This document shows positions 9,893-20,752 of a stretch of DNA of 64,000 nt, in pieces. The notes under the pieces were generated by a model. It was given only the letters and a program-made list of their open reading frames with translations, did no database searches and was not told where the DNA came from. This stretch comes from Leptospiraceae bacterium (GTDB lineage: Bacteria > Spirochaetota > Leptospiria > Leptospirales > Leptonemataceae), in the NCBI GenBank assembly GCA_040217195.1, contig JAVJNR010000003.1:352001-416000 (forward strand), written 5' to 3'. A program made the translations under genes and the position numbers. Numbering within the stretch: the first letter of the stretch is position 1; every line of letters begins with the position of its first letter.

Positions 9893-10693
9893 ATGAAATT
9901 CAAAAAGGGAAAGACCTACGAAGCAATTTTTCTGTCCGATGTTCATTATCTTACCTATAAGAAGATTAAGAACCATCATCACCAGGACTTGTTTCGAGTA
10001 TTGAATAGCTTCCGGAAACGGGGAGTTCGCTTTCGCTCACTGTATCTCGTGGGGGATATACTGGAGAACTGGTACTTTGATTCAAGTGCTCGACTTCGCA
10101 CCAGTGAGAAGAAATTCAATAAGCTATTTGATCGACTGGATGCAATCTGTATTCCCGGGGCTCTAAAGTATTTCATTGTAGGCAATCACGATACCACCAG
10201 CTTTACAATGAAGCTTTCTCCGGAAATCACATCATTTCTGGAGAAAAGGGAATACAGAATCCTGGAACGATTTGAGAGTTCAGAGATGGTAGTCATCCAT
10301 GGCCACCAGGGACAGTACAATCGTTTCACCTGGGCTCTGGATATTTCTATTGTGCGAATACTTTACTGGATGGCCTCTCTTGTCCCTGGATTCTTCAAGA
10401 AGGCAGAGTCCTTTTACAATCGTCATTTAAACGGAAGAGATCCTACAAACTACAAAGAGCGGCTAAAATATTACGGAAGACTGAACCGAATCACCAACCA
10501 GGGAAATAGAGTACTGATTTCAGGTCATACCCATCAATTCCTGCATATGCCAGAAATAGGAGTGATCAACACCGGAGACTGGGTACACAGTCGCACGTTG
10601 CTGGTTCAAAATGGCCGGAACCTCATTGGTCTAAAAATGAAAACACGCAAAAAGTGGAAGAAGGAATTTGTTCATTCTCTGAGCCGACAATAG
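9893..10693 (+). CDS. calcineurin-like metallophosphoesterase (LpxH-like)
   Basis: SDVH, GDI, GNHD, HGH, GHTH, NTGDW motifs. Confidence 0.85.
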   Translation: MKFKKGKTYEAIFLSDVHYLTYKKIKNHHHQDLFRVLNSFRKRGVRFRSLYLVGDILENWYFDSSARLRTSEKKFNKLFDRLDAICIPGALKYFIVGNHDTTSFTMKLSPEITSFLEKREYRILERFESSEMVVIHGHQGQYNRFTWALDISIVRILYWMASLVPGFFKKAESFYNRHLNGRDPTNYKERLKYYGRLNRITNQGNRVLISGHTHQFLHMPEIGVINTGDWVHSRTLLVQNGRNLIGLKMKTRKKWKKEFVHSLSRQ

Positions 10694-10922
10694 ATCGGCT
10701 GGACGCCTGGCTCTGTGTCATAGACCGCCCTCTATTCGATAGCACTTCTTACATGCAAGATGCCTGGTTTCTGTCCGGGCCCATTTATTGACTTCTGGCT
10801 TTTCATAAGAAACCTGAAAAAGGACCTCAGAAGAATTCAAAAAAGAGACTGTGCAGCCCAGCTTCCTCCGATACCTCGTTTTCCGGAGTAACCTTCTGCT
10901 GAAATCCACGAAATCATTATCG

Positions 10923-11489
10923 ATGGATACCAGCACAGATCGATATTACACTTTATCATTAGAAGAAAAATGGGCCCGGCTCCCGGCAAGCTTCGCCGGA
11001 GTACTAACATTCATGCTTCTTGCATTGTTGGCACTTCCTCTGTCGAACTGTACCGGTTCTTCGGATGCAAGCCCGACAAATATGGAAAACAAAAGCTTTG
11101 CTGTGGAAAAAAGTCCGGAGCAGTGGCAGTCCCAGCTGGGAGAGCAGCGCTACAGAGTGATGCGACTCCATGGAACAGAAAGGGCCTTCTCCGGCGAATA
11201 CCATGATCATAAAGGTACAGGTGTCTATGTTTGCGCGGCCTGTGGACAGGAATTGTTCAGTTCATCCACAAAGTATGATTCCGGAACAGGCTGGCCCAGT
11301 TACTATGAGCCAATAAACGATGAGGCTGTAGGCGAAAGTCGAGATGAGTCCTACGGCATGGTTCGCACCGAAGTGCACTGCGCCCGATGCGGAGGACATC
11401 TGGGGCATGTATTTTCAGACGGACCGCAACCAACAGGCCTGCGATACTGCATTAACTCCATTTCACTGAATTTTAAACCATCGAACTGA
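10923..11489 (+). CDS. msrB: peptide-methionine (R)-S-oxide reductase with lipoprotein-type signal
   Basis: GTERAF, CAAC and CARC Zn sites, GTGWPS, HLGHVF, RYCINS. Preceded by hydrophobic LLALLALPLSNC. Start uncertain (10923 or 11013). Confidence 0.93.
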   Translation: MDTSTDRYYTLSLEEKWARLPASFAGVLTFMLLALLALPLSNCTGSSDASPTNMENKSFAVEKSPEQWQSQLGEQRYRVMRLHGTERAFSGEYHDHKGTGVYVCAACGQELFSSSTKYDSGTGWPSYYEPINDEAVGESRDESYGMVRTEVHCARCGGHLGHVFSDGPQPTGLRYCINSISLNFKPSN

Positions 11490-11520
11490 GGCCGGGGCCG
11501 GGGCCAATCAGATGGCTGAC

Positions 11521-13071
11521 TCAGCGGTCATCGACAATCTTAAAGTAGTTTCCCCCTGGCAGAGTCTCATATTTTGCAAAGTCCAGCTTTCGACCCCTGG
11601 GTCGGTATGGACCATACCCCGGTTTCTTCAGTTCAAGACCGGCAAACAACGAGTAGATACCCACTGCCAGACTTATAGCCACTTCTTCCCTTTGATCGAT
11701 CACCATTCTGCGATCCCTCCAGACGTTTAGATGCCCTACCTCCAGAAATGCAACAATTGCATTTGTATAGGTCGGTAACGTGTAGGTGCTAACAAATGGA
11801 TCCAGGATAGGGCCCAGCTTGTTGGATGGACGTTTCTCGGGCACCTGCTGCCGAACGCCAAACTGTATAAAACGCATCAGTTCATTTGAGGCCAGATGAT
11901 TATCGCCTCCGTAACTTATACCGCTACCAGATACCGCCGCTTCCCGGCGCCAGAGCTCTGCCTTACTTCGCTCTCTGTCCCAGAATCTTCCTTCCGGTTT
12001 CCATTTGCTGTAGATCATGCTATATGGGCCTGGAGACTTCCTTTCTTTCAGGGCCGTCTTTTCCCAGCCTGGAGGATCCGCATATCTCCACTGAAATAGA
12101 TTATGACGAAAGCCACGTGCCTTTTTGTACCAGGGCGCGGTTCCACTCTTATTACTCCAGTACCCGTTCATATAAACCCAGGCATCGGCTCTGGCCGCCT
12201 GCAGCTTACTCCATCCAGGTTCTGTACTGAGCCAGTGTTTTGCCCAGGGTGACTTGTAGAATGCACTGGCCGGTTTTTGTTTCAGAGACACCTCCCTTAG
12301 CATATTAAAGGTTTCCCAGCCCGGGGCCAGCACGGCTGCCATACCACCGGAATGTTTTGGAGGTGCCGGATTCAAATGAAGAGATAGTACCAGATACGGT
12401 TCTTTATCATTGATCTGTGAGATTCGTCCTTTCTGAATCCGTCCGGTCTTTCTGTCCGGATAATCGTATAATCGATAGGGTGCATTTACATCTGGATGAC
12501 TGTCAGGCAATGAACGATCCTTCCATCCATCCTTTCTGCTTAAATGGGAATTAAACTTGATTCGAATGAATTTCTCCTGGGGAGAGAACTGAGCCAGTAG
12601 CTCTTCAAACTTCTTCCAGCCAGCGTCGGTCTGAGTCAGCTGCAAATAATGATGCACACGAAGAGCCAGCTGAAGCATTAACTCATGCTCGGTATATTTC
12701 GTATATCGCGTGCCGGTCAAATAAGAACTGAGGTATTTTCTGGAAATGGGATCCCATCGATCATCCCTGCGATGCACGATGGCTCCTCCATGACCCGCAT
12801 CTACCACAACCGAATATTCAGGGATGGGTACATTTACTGGAGCCGGAGATTCAGCAATGACAGAAGCAGAAGCAATAACGAGAATCCCAGGAATTAGCCA
12901 GCCCAGGAGCCATCCCGGCAGAGATGATACACTGTTGAGCGTTTTGCAATTGCTGAAAACAGCGATGTTGTATTGTCCCGGGCTACACCCCTGGACATTT
13001 TTAAAGCCTTCTATTTTTGAACGGGACAGGTTTGTGGAATCCTGGAACTGAAATCTGGGAAAATACTTCAT
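11521..13071 (-). CDS. N-acetylmuramoyl-L-alanine amidase (Amidase_3) with large insertion
   Basis: VVVDAGHGG, EHE, LSLHLN, FLEVGHL zinc/catalytic motifs. Hydrophobic signal-like segment; the true start is probably downstream of 13071. Confidence 0.8.
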   Translation of the reverse strand: MKYFPRFQFQDSTNLSRSKIEGFKNVQGCSPGQYNIAVFSNCKTLNSVSSLPGWLLGWLIPGILVIASASVIAESPAPVNVPIPEYSVVVDAGHGGAIVHRRDDRWDPISRKYLSSYLTGTRYTKYTEHELMLQLALRVHHYLQLTQTDAGWKKFEELLAQFSPQEKFIRIKFNSHLSRKDGWKDRSLPDSHPDVNAPYRLYDYPDRKTGRIQKGRISQINDKEPYLVLSLHLNPAPPKHSGGMAAVLAPGWETFNMLREVSLKQKPASAFYKSPWAKHWLSTEPGWSKLQAARADAWVYMNGYWSNKSGTAPWYKKARGFRHNLFQWRYADPPGWEKTALKERKSPGPYSMIYSKWKPEGRFWDRERSKAELWRREAAVSGSGISYGGDNHLASNELMRFIQFGVRQQVPEKRPSNKLGPILDPFVSTYTLPTYTNAIVAFLEVGHLNVWRDRRMVIDQREEVAISLAVGIYSLFAGLELKKPGYGPYRPRGRKLDFAKYETLPGGNYFKIVDDR

Positions 13072-13372
13072 ACAATGGATTCATAATGAATGAAAGATAC
13101 GCCCCGGAGTCAAGTATGAAGCTTATCGTCCAGAAAACCATGGAACCAGGCTTTTCCGCAGTACAGGAATTTCCAGGGGCAACGCAGGTCAGGGATTATT
13201 TCGTATGGCAGTAAGCGGCTGGAATTAATTACCAGATTTTTCAAAGCCAGCCATTGCTCTTTCGCGCCGGATTAAACTGAGCAGCAGGTATCAGCAGCGC
13301 GCGAAATAGAAATTAAAATCTGATTGATTTGCAGCCGGACTGGTACGCTTACATCGGATATTGCAACTTAGT

Positions 13373-14707
13373 TCAAACCAATCCCAATCTTCTGCCAATG
13401 TCTGATTGATACATATTGTTCGGGTCATACTTTCGTTTAACTTTTTTCCATGCATCCAGTTGAGAATACATGGAAGCGAACGATTGAGCATCCAGAGTAG
13501 CGTCCTTTCCGGCATAGATCCTGCCACCAGCATCCAGGACAAGAGCATCCAGTTTTTTCAGAAAAGGGAATAGTTTCCGAGAAATAGGAAAGTCAATTGC
13601 AAATGTATACCCGGGCATGGGAAAGGAAAGATAGTTTGTTCCTTTGCCAAACTTCTTAAGTACATTCAGAAACGGTTTACATCCGCCAGTTCCAATTTCC
13701 TCCATGATTCTTCGAATGGACTTACGAGCACCCTCCTCCGGAACTACAAACTGATACTGAGTGAAGCCGCGTTTTCCGTAACCCCGATTCCAGTTATTAA
13801 TAGCATCCAGAGGATAGAAAAACGAGTCGTAGTGGCTATAGGTGGCAGCATGGGATTGCACATAATCGATCACGCCATTCAGGATTCGCATGGTCAGAGC
13901 GTTCAGCGCAAATCCTGGCATAAAGAACGGAACATTCAAACTGGATTTATCTGTGATCCTCAATGGATCCTTCTTTAATCCTGGAGGCAAGTCTTCCAGC
14001 CTGGCATGATTACCAGCTGTAAGAACCCCCTTGCCCAGGGATTTACCTCTGGCCAGAGGATTCACCCATGCGACTGAATAGGGAAATTCTCGATCTTTTT
14101 CATCGATGAGATCCAGCATTTCGTTTAGATTCTTCGCACGAAATGATTGTTGCTTAAAATATGTAGTTTCGATCTTTCGCAGCTTGATTTTGGCTCGAAG
14201 TATTAATCCAAGCAACCCCAGCCCGCCAAAGTTAGCATGAAATAAATCCGAGTGACTCTTGCGGCTGGCTGTAACTATTTTACCGCTGGCCAGAAGTATA
14301 TCGAAGCTTTCCACGCAGTTTTTGAAGCTTCCATCTTCATGATGAGCCTTTCCATGTACATCATTGGCTATAGCGCCTCCCACGGTTACGAACTTTGTAC
14401 CTGGAGTGATCATGGGAAAGAATCCTCTGGGCCCCAGGGTTTGGATAATCTCAAAAAGGGAAAGCCCTGCTTCGCACTCTAATTGGCCAGATTTTTCATC
14501 AAAAGATAGAAATCTCTTTCGATGAGTAAATGGTACTACGTAGCCCCTGGAATTCATGGCCTGATCGGCGTAGCTTCTACCCAGTCCTCGAGGGACCACA
14601 TCCAGGTAATCCGAAAGCTCCGATTCCAGGTTCTTGCCGGTAAGAACTGAATTCTCCGCAGATGGATACAGTCCCCAGCCTGTTACTGTTTCTCTTTGTT
14701 CTATCAT
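13373..14707 (-). CDS. FAD-binding oxidoreductase, DprE1 (decaprenylphosphoryl-ribose oxidase)-like
   Basis: TGWG start, RGLGRSYADQA, TPGTKFVTVGGAIANDVHGK, FFYPLD, YGKRGFTQYQ, GGRIYAGKD. Confidence 0.88.
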   Translation of the reverse strand: MIEQRETVTGWGLYPSAENSVLTGKNLESELSDYLDVVPRGLGRSYADQAMNSRGYVVPFTHRKRFLSFDEKSGQLECEAGLSLFEIIQTLGPRGFFPMITPGTKFVTVGGAIANDVHGKAHHEDGSFKNCVESFDILLASGKIVTASRKSHSDLFHANFGGLGLLGLILRAKIKLRKIETTYFKQQSFRAKNLNEMLDLIDEKDREFPYSVAWVNPLARGKSLGKGVLTAGNHARLEDLPPGLKKDPLRITDKSSLNVPFFMPGFALNALTMRILNGVIDYVQSHAATYSHYDSFFYPLDAINNWNRGYGKRGFTQYQFVVPEEGARKSIRRIMEEIGTGGCKPFLNVLKKFGKGTNYLSFPMPGYTFAIDFPISRKLFPFLKKLDALVLDAGGRIYAGKDATLDAQSFASMYSQLDAWKKVKRKYDPNNMYQSDIGRRLGLV

Positions 14708-14762
14708 TTCAGGTAAGGTCAGAAAATATTGCAGAATATTGGACGCAAAACCTTTTCGCACT

Positions 14763-15455
14763 ATGAATTCAAATCGAACATCGGCCATTGAAGCAGTGGT
14801 ATTCGATATGGATGGCCTGCTCATAGATTCAGAACCTATCTGGCAAAACTCGGAGATGCAAATATTTGGCAGATACGGTCTGGAATTGAGCCGCTCAGAT
14901 TGTATGCAGACTATGGGCCTGCGCATCGATGAAGTAGTTGAATACTGGAAGAAGAATCGAAATTTCCATCCTCCGGTTTCGGATTCTCAAGTCGTTCAGG
15001 AAGTACTCCAGGAAGTGAAACATCAAATCCAGAGGGGCGGCCAGGCAATGCCCGGAGCTGTAGAACTGGTGGATCGATTGAGTGGTATGCCTCTGGCTGT
15101 GGCATCGTCTTCCTATCCAGAGATCATTGAAGCGGCATTGAAACGTCTGGAAATCCACTCTCTTTTTCAGGTAATACATTCAGCTCAGCAGGAGAAACTG
15201 GGGAAACCGGCGCCTGACGTCTATCTTACAGCCTGCCAACAATTGAAATTGTCTCCGGATCAGTGCCTGGCTATTGAAGATAGCCCGGGAGGAGTGAAAT
15301 CAGCTCTGGCTGCCGGAATGTGGGTAATGGCGGTGCCCGAAGAGTCGCACCTGAATCATCCAGAAATTCAAAAGGCTCACCTTGTTCTAAACAGCCTGGA
15401 AGAAGCCTCTTTTGGGCCAGATGATCTCAGGAATGGAATCAAGATACCGAACTGA
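14763..15455 (+). CDS. HAD-family sugar-phosphate phosphatase (HxpB/YniC-like)
   Basis: FDMDGLLIDSEP, ASSS, GKPAPDVYL, EDSPGG. Confidence 0.88.
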   Translation: MNSNRTSAIEAVVFDMDGLLIDSEPIWQNSEMQIFGRYGLELSRSDCMQTMGLRIDEVVEYWKKNRNFHPPVSDSQVVQEVLQEVKHQIQRGGQAMPGAVELVDRLSGMPLAVASSSYPEIIEAALKRLEIHSLFQVIHSAQQEKLGKPAPDVYLTACQQLKLSPDQCLAIEDSPGGVKSALAAGMWVMAVPEESHLNHPEIQKAHLVLNSLEEASFGPDDLRNGIKIPN

Positions 15456-15479
15456 GAATCAAAAAAACCTTTTCCGCAG

Positions 15480-15941
15480 ATGGCTTCAGACCTTTCTTAT
15501 CACTCAATGCACGTTGGCCCCGTACATCAGAAACCAGAAAATCCGGGAATCGAACCTGGCCCTGAAAATACAGTTCATATATTCTATCGCGCTTTGCCAC
15601 AGACTACATTTGAAGAAGCGGCCACCACATCCTTCCAGATGGTATTGCAGGCACAAAACGATTATCCGGGTCACACCAGGGTATTCTATCTGGAAATAGA
15701 AGGGCATAGCGGCCCTCAATTTGGCTTTGATGCAGATTTTTTTGAATTCCAGCAGGAATTCTTGCAGGGTTTCCTGGGACCATTTCTCAGCGCCCTGGAT
15801 TTACCGTTGCTCTCTGTATTTAATCCAAAACCTCAGAGAAACGATTTACCGGATAAAATAGAAGTGGATGGACCGACCGCCGGTGGATTTCCTTTTCCTC
15901 TGAATAGCTCTTCGCAGAAGCCTTCCTCTCCTTCGAACTAG
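15480..15941 (+). CDS. hypothetical protein
   Basis: 153-aa ORF directly after the HAD gene with plausible composition. No family recognised. Confidence 0.7.
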   Translation: MASDLSYHSMHVGPVHQKPENPGIEPGPENTVHIFYRALPQTTFEEAATTSFQMVLQAQNDYPGHTRVFYLEIEGHSGPQFGFDADFFEFQQEFLQGFLGPFLSALDLPLLSVFNPKPQRNDLPDKIEVDGPTAGGFPFPLNSSSQKPSSPSN

Positions 15942-15964
15942 AGTTTACCAGAAAAAACCCAGCG

Positions 15965-16951
15965 CTATCGTTTTCCAAAAAGCCCGGAAAGCCAGCGTCG
16001 AAATCGTCGCTTCTTAACCTGCATTTTTTCAAATGCTTTCCGACCTGCTTCCAATCCCATATCCACAACTTGATTCAATACCTGTTCATTGGTGGTAACT
16101 ATCTTCATGGGTAAACTCATGGGCGGATCCACAATATGCACTTTAACCCCTGGCGGAGGATGATTGATTATTTCTTTGGCCCTGTTGTACTGCAAATGAT
16201 ACTCATGCCTGACAAATCGGGCCATGGAGCGGTTGTAGGGAAATGAAAGAAAACTAAGAAATCGGCCGGTGCGCCCTGTAATATAGCTGCGAGGATAATT
16301 CAGTACGACGGTAATGTCGGTATAGCCTGCTTTAATAACAGCTTCCACAGGTATGGGATCCGTCACAGCTCCATCAGTATAGAGCTCATTTCCCAGACTG
16401 CTTCTGCCTTTTGTTGCAATCGGCAATGCAGTGGCCGCCTTTAATAATGGCAGAGCATTTTCCGAGGTGGCCCGGACGTATTCCGGTTTTCCAGTGGAAA
16501 GATTACTTACTACAACGTAAAGGGGCGTGCTTTTTGGGCTATCCAGTCTTTCCATTTTCAATCGGTATCGATTCCCAAATAAGTGATCGATCAGATAGGT
16601 CTGATCCATCAAGGTCTTCTTTTGCCCAAAGATTCGTCTGCGGGCTATGAATCGTCCATCGCTCAATTCCCATCGCCATACATTCAAATTCTTTAAAGTA
16701 GCTTCCAGGTCATTGGGCGATTCGGTCACATAGTATGCAGCGGAGCAACTTCCGGCAGATACACCTACCACTAGATCAAATCTACGAGAGGGGTAGAATT
16801 GATTCATGGCGGCCAGGACACCACCGGCAAAGGCACCTTTCATTCCTCCACCTTCCACAATTAAAACTCGCCTCTTCTTCCCTCTGGCCGGTGGTAGGGT
16901 ACGAGAGATCTGGCCAAATTGTTGTTGCGACTTTTGCTTTCTACGGGGCAT
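15965..16951 (-). CDS. patatin-like phospholipase
   Basis: EGGGMKG, GVSAG nucleophile, DGA motif. Confidence 0.92.
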   Translation of the reverse strand: MPRRKQKSQQQFGQISRTLPPARGKKRRVLIVEGGGMKGAFAGGVLAAMNQFYPSRRFDLVVGVSAGSCSAAYYVTESPNDLEATLKNLNVWRWELSDGRFIARRRIFGQKKTLMDQTYLIDHLFGNRYRLKMERLDSPKSTPLYVVVSNLSTGKPEYVRATSENALPLLKAATALPIATKGRSSLGNELYTDGAVTDPIPVEAVIKAGYTDITVVLNYPRSYITGRTGRFLSFLSFPYNRSMARFVRHEYHLQYNRAKEIINHPPPGVKVHIVDPPMSLPMKIVTTNEQVLNQVVDMGLEAGRKAFEKMQVKKRRFRRWLSGLFGKR

Positions 16952-16967
16952 GGTCTTGCCCAGCAAT

Positions 16968-17900
16968 ATGAAACGAATCGCTGCAAACAACGCTTTTTCC
17001 CGTCTGTCCGTTACAGTCTTTTCCGCCCTGATTGGACTGGCGGCCTGCTCCTCCCCGGATGAACCAGAGGAGCCACATGCTGTGGAAATTGTATCTAGCA
17101 TCCTGAAAACTCGCGATGCACTGCAAAAAGAGCATTGCAGCGATGGTTGTATCTTTCTGACATTCTGGGACTTCGATGGAACGATTTTGAAAGGAGACTG
17201 CTCGGAAGGACTCAGACAGGACGGAAAAATCGTATATCGCGGTTTGGTAGAATTGACCATCGAGCAGGGATTTTCTTCGGTATTCCGACGGGATGAAGCC
17301 CGGAAGTTCGAAGAGGAGTATCGTCGCCGGGATCGGGAACTGGGTCATAGAAATGCCTATACCTTTCTCACTACTCAGTATGGAGGAGCCGACCCGGAAG
17401 AAATCACTGCCTTCGCAAAGAAACGATTCGAACTTTATCAAAACTACTATTTTCGCAGCTCGATCCAGATCTGGAAGGCCCTGGAAGAAGCACAGATCCA
17501 GAATCACATTATTTCTGCCAGCCCACATTTCTTTGTTCAGGGCGCCGCCGAATCCCTGGGTATTTCCGGAGAACGCATCAATGGAGTCCGTCTGCAGCAA
17601 CGAAAGGGTCAGCTTCTGCCCACACTGGACCCTCCTCTAACCTATGCCGATGGCAAAACCGAAACTCTGCAATCCATAGTGAAGCGCCTTCAGGAAGAAA
17701 ACCCATCCAAACAGGTATTCGTCCTGGCTGCCTTTGGAAACAGCTATCATACAGATGGCCATTTCCTGGAATTTGTGCATTCGGCGGAACTTCCGGCGGG
17801 GAAAACACTGTCGGTCATGATAAATGGAGGCGAATCTCCGGAAGAATATAACGATCGTTTCCTGGAAGTGACCCAAAACAGGACGTTAGGCGATGAATGA
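16968..17900 (+). CDS. exported HAD-superfamily hydrolase (lipoprotein)
   Basis: Lipobox LAAC, WDFDGTI, IISAS, K, AFGNSYHTD. Confidence 0.85.
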   Translation: MKRIAANNAFSRLSVTVFSALIGLAACSSPDEPEEPHAVEIVSSILKTRDALQKEHCSDGCIFLTFWDFDGTILKGDCSEGLRQDGKIVYRGLVELTIEQGFSSVFRRDEARKFEEEYRRRDRELGHRNAYTFLTTQYGGADPEEITAFAKKRFELYQNYYFRSSIQIWKALEEAQIQNHIISASPHFFVQGAAESLGISGERINGVRLQQRKGQLLPTLDPPLTYADGKTETLQSIVKRLQEENPSKQVFVLAAFGNSYHTDGHFLEFVHSAELPAGKTLSVMINGGESPEEYNDRFLEVTQNRTLGDE

Positions 17901-18589
17901 ACCTGACGTTGCTGCGCGAAGGCGATTTTAAAAAAAATGACTTGCATTGCCCTGAGACTCTGCCTTACTCTATGAAAGCGACAGGGGGTAGACAAATGAG
18001 AACAGGAGAAGAAGAACCAGAAAGACAACACCTGGAGCCAGATACTGATTTATACGCTGAAGTAATTTCAAATAGTATTCTGGGCTGGTCCCTATTTGTG
18101 GACACAGCAATAGAAAGTAATATATACCAGGTAGCCCGGGAGAGCTATCCGCCCCAGAAGGCGGCCCGTATTGCTCTTTTTCGATTGTATCTAGAAAGCT
18201 TCACTCCAGCCGAAAGACAGGAATTACTGGAAAAGCCAGACTATTTCCTGCAGTACGCCTTTGGAGTAGTTCGAGAGCTTTACCCTCCCCATCCTAAAAA
18301 TCGAAGAACCATTGTTCACAATCGACTGGTCTTCATGTCATCGATCAGGCAATTCCTGGACAGTGAACGGCAAATCTCCGCCCACCGATGCAGGGAAGCT
18401 TCGCAGATTCTTCGCGCTGCAAGCCAATTGTCTCGATCTGTGGAAGAAATAGTCCGAGCCAGGGACCTCTATAAAGAGTTTCAATTTCGCATTGCTGCTC
18501 AAAGAGATCAAGAATGGCTGTATTCGTTTGAGGCATTGCCATTGGAGCTCACAGGCTATAGAGAATCGTCGGAAGCTTCGCCGGCCTGA
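17897..18589 (+). CDS. hypothetical protein
   Basis: ATGA overlap with the upstream gene. Helical composition; start uncertain. Confidence 0.6.
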   Translation: MNLTLLREGDFKKNDLHCPETLPYSMKATGGRQMRTGEEEPERQHLEPDTDLYAEVISNSILGWSLFVDTAIESNIYQVARESYPPQKAARIALFRLYLESFTPAERQELLEKPDYFLQYAFGVVRELYPPHPKNRRTIVHNRLVFMSSIRQFLDSERQISAHRCREASQILRAASQLSRSVEEIVRARDLYKEFQFRIAAQRDQEWLYSFEALPLELTGYRESSEASPA

Positions 18590-18814
18590 GATTGTCGGTG
18601 CTTCAGGAAGTGCAATCCTTCCGAAAGTAGAAATGGCAATGGAAGGTCTTGCTGCATTGGCCCTTCTGCATCTGCTTTTTTCCCTCCACATGAATTCGTA
18701 AACTGCAGAGTGTCGGTCATTACGGTTTTTCGTTCTGCATTATGGCATTTTTTCAATTAGAAATCTGATCTTTTTACCGGTTCATTCGTCCCATTGAGTG
18801 GAAGTTTCGCCCTC

Positions 18815-20752
18815 ATGGATCAGTTACTCAGTGTCATTCCCACAGGATTCGTTCGCGTAAACCTGGCAGGTGAGATTACTTTTGCCAACGAAATGGCATG
18901 CCAGATCCTGGATTTGACCCAGGATGAGCTTACACAGACCTACTTTCAAAGTACCGATTTCGGGCAGGTTGGTCTGGATGGAAAACCCATGGATCCATCG
19001 GAGCTGCCACTGGCCATAGCCATGACCGAGAAAAGAGCGGTGAAAGATATGGTCCACGGAATCACCGATCCCAATACAAAGGAACTCCGATGGCTGTCTG
19101 TAAATGCGGCCCCGGAACTGGACAGGGAAGGAAATCTGGAAAGCGCCGTGGCCAGCTTTTCGGACATTACCGATAGAATTAAGAAAGACCAGATCTACCG
19201 AAAGATCATTGAAAATAGCACGGATATGATCTGCTTTCACAGGCCCGATGGCACCTATGAATATGTTAATCCTGCTGCCCATCGAATGCTGGGGTATGAA
19301 GTGCATGAGCTCATTGGCCGGGATCCGTATGAACTATTTCATCCGCAGGATGTAAAGCGAATTCGAGAGCTAAGTCATATTCCAGCCCAGCAGGGGCAAA
19401 GCGAACTGGGCATCCGGTATCGTATTCGACACAAGAATGGCTCCTACGTATGGTTGCAGACCACCACCCATCCAATCACAGATCCGGCCGGCAATGTTAC
19501 CGGTCTACAGACAATCTCCCGGGACGTGGGTAAAGATGTACAGAGAGAGCAGGAAATCCTGAGAGCCAGACTCCTTGCAGAGAAGGCCAATCAGGCCAAG
19601 AGCGAATTCATCGCCAATATGAGTCATGATATTCGAACTCCCATCCATGGAATCCTGGGCCTTACGGAAGTATTACTGGAGGATCCCGGCAATGAATCCC
19701 AGCGCGAAATGCTGGAAATGGTGGATCGGTCCGGACAAAATCTGCTAAACATCATAAATGATCTTCTGGATGTGTCCAAACTGGAGTCAGGTCATGTTCA
19801 GCTACGATATGGATGGTTTGGCCTGGAAAGCTTGATCCACTCTTTGCAGACTCTGTATTCCTCGGAGGCCCAGAGTAAGAACCTGGAGCTTAGTATCGAG
19901 CTATCCGGACATCATGATGGCTTTTTTCTAGGGGATGAAAACAGAATCATTCAGGTACTGGGAAATCTAGTATCAAACGCTTTGCATTACACCCAGGAGG
20001 GAAGCGTTAACGTTACCATACATAGTACGCCCGTGGCTAAGGACCGATGTTTTCTAACCATGATTGTAGAAGACACTGGCCCGGGTATCCCCAGGACCGA
20101 GCAGGAACGGATTTTTGATCGATTTGTACATCTGGACGTGGGCCCTACCCGAAGCAAAGGTGCGGGGCTGGGTTTATCTATCGCTCAGCTACTACTTAAA
20201 GAAATGAACGGTAGAATCTCTCTGGATAGCGATCTGCAGCAGGGCTCCCGGTTCACTGTTGAAATAGAGCTGGAGCATCGCCATTCTGTAATGGAATCAG
20301 AAAGCGCTCAGGACGCAGATCCCTGGAAGGAAATCTCAGCCAGACCATTAAACCTGCTGCTGGCCGAAGATGCTCCCGAAAATCGCATTCTATTAAATCG
20401 ATTCCTGGAACATACCTGCTGGACTCTGGATTTCGCAAAGGATGGGCTGGAAGCCCTGGAGAAAGCGAAACAGAACGATTACGACCTTATCCTGCTGGAC
20501 ATTGCCATGCCTGAAATGAATGGCCTGGCAGTAGCAACGGAGCTCCAGCGCCGATGCAGTCTATCCGGTAGAAAGTTACCTCCTCTAATAGCATTAACAG
20601 CCTACGGTTCAGAAGAGGACTTCGAACGCTCAAGAGAAGCCGGCTTTTCGCTTCATCTAACCAAGCCCTTTAGTAAGTCAAAACTCATCCGAGCCATTGC
20701 CTCCATGCTTGAGGGAAATGGCTCCAGAGATCGTGCCACCGTTAACAGATAG
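18815..20752 (+). CDS. PAS-PAS hybrid sensor histidine kinase/response regulator
   Basis: Two PAS domains, H-box MSHDIRTP, NLVSNA, DTGPG, GAGLGL, receiver LLAED..LLDIAMP..KP. Confidence 0.95.
   Translation: MDQLLSVIPTGFVRVNLAGEITFANEMACQILDLTQDELTQTYFQSTDFGQVGLDGKPMDPSELPLAIAMTEKRAVKDMVHGITDPNTKELRWLSVNAAPELDREGNLESAVASFSDITDRIKKDQIYRKIIENSTDMICFHRPDGTYEYVNPAAHRMLGYEVHELIGRDPYELFHPQDVKRIRELSHIPAQQGQSELGIRYRIRHKNGSYVWLQTTTHPITDPAGNVTGLQTISRDVGKDVQREQEILRARLLAEKANQAKSEFIANMSHDIRTPIHGILGLTEVLLEDPGNESQREMLEMVDRSGQNLLNIINDLLDVSKLESGHVQLRYGWFGLESLIHSLQTLYSSEAQSKNLELSIELSGHHDGFFLGDENRIIQVLGNLVSNALHYTQEGSVNVTIHSTPVAKDRCFLTMIVEDTGPGIPRTEQERIFDRFVHLDVGPTRSKGAGLGLSIAQLLLKEMNGRISLDSDLQQGSRFTVEIELEHRHSVMESESAQDADPWKEISARPLNLLLAEDAPENRILLNRFLEHTCWTLDFAKDGLEALEKAKQNDYDLILLDIAMPEMNGLAVATELQRRCSLSGRKLPPLIALTAYGSEEDFERSREAGFSLHLTKPFSKSKLIRAIASMLEGNGSRDRATVNR

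Noticed and set aside
14634..17260. Extended overlapping N-termini in the ORF track (e.g. 14634, 14926, 16806, 17260)
   Set aside because: Family motifs begin at later ATGs. The extensions merely run antisense into the neighbouring gene.
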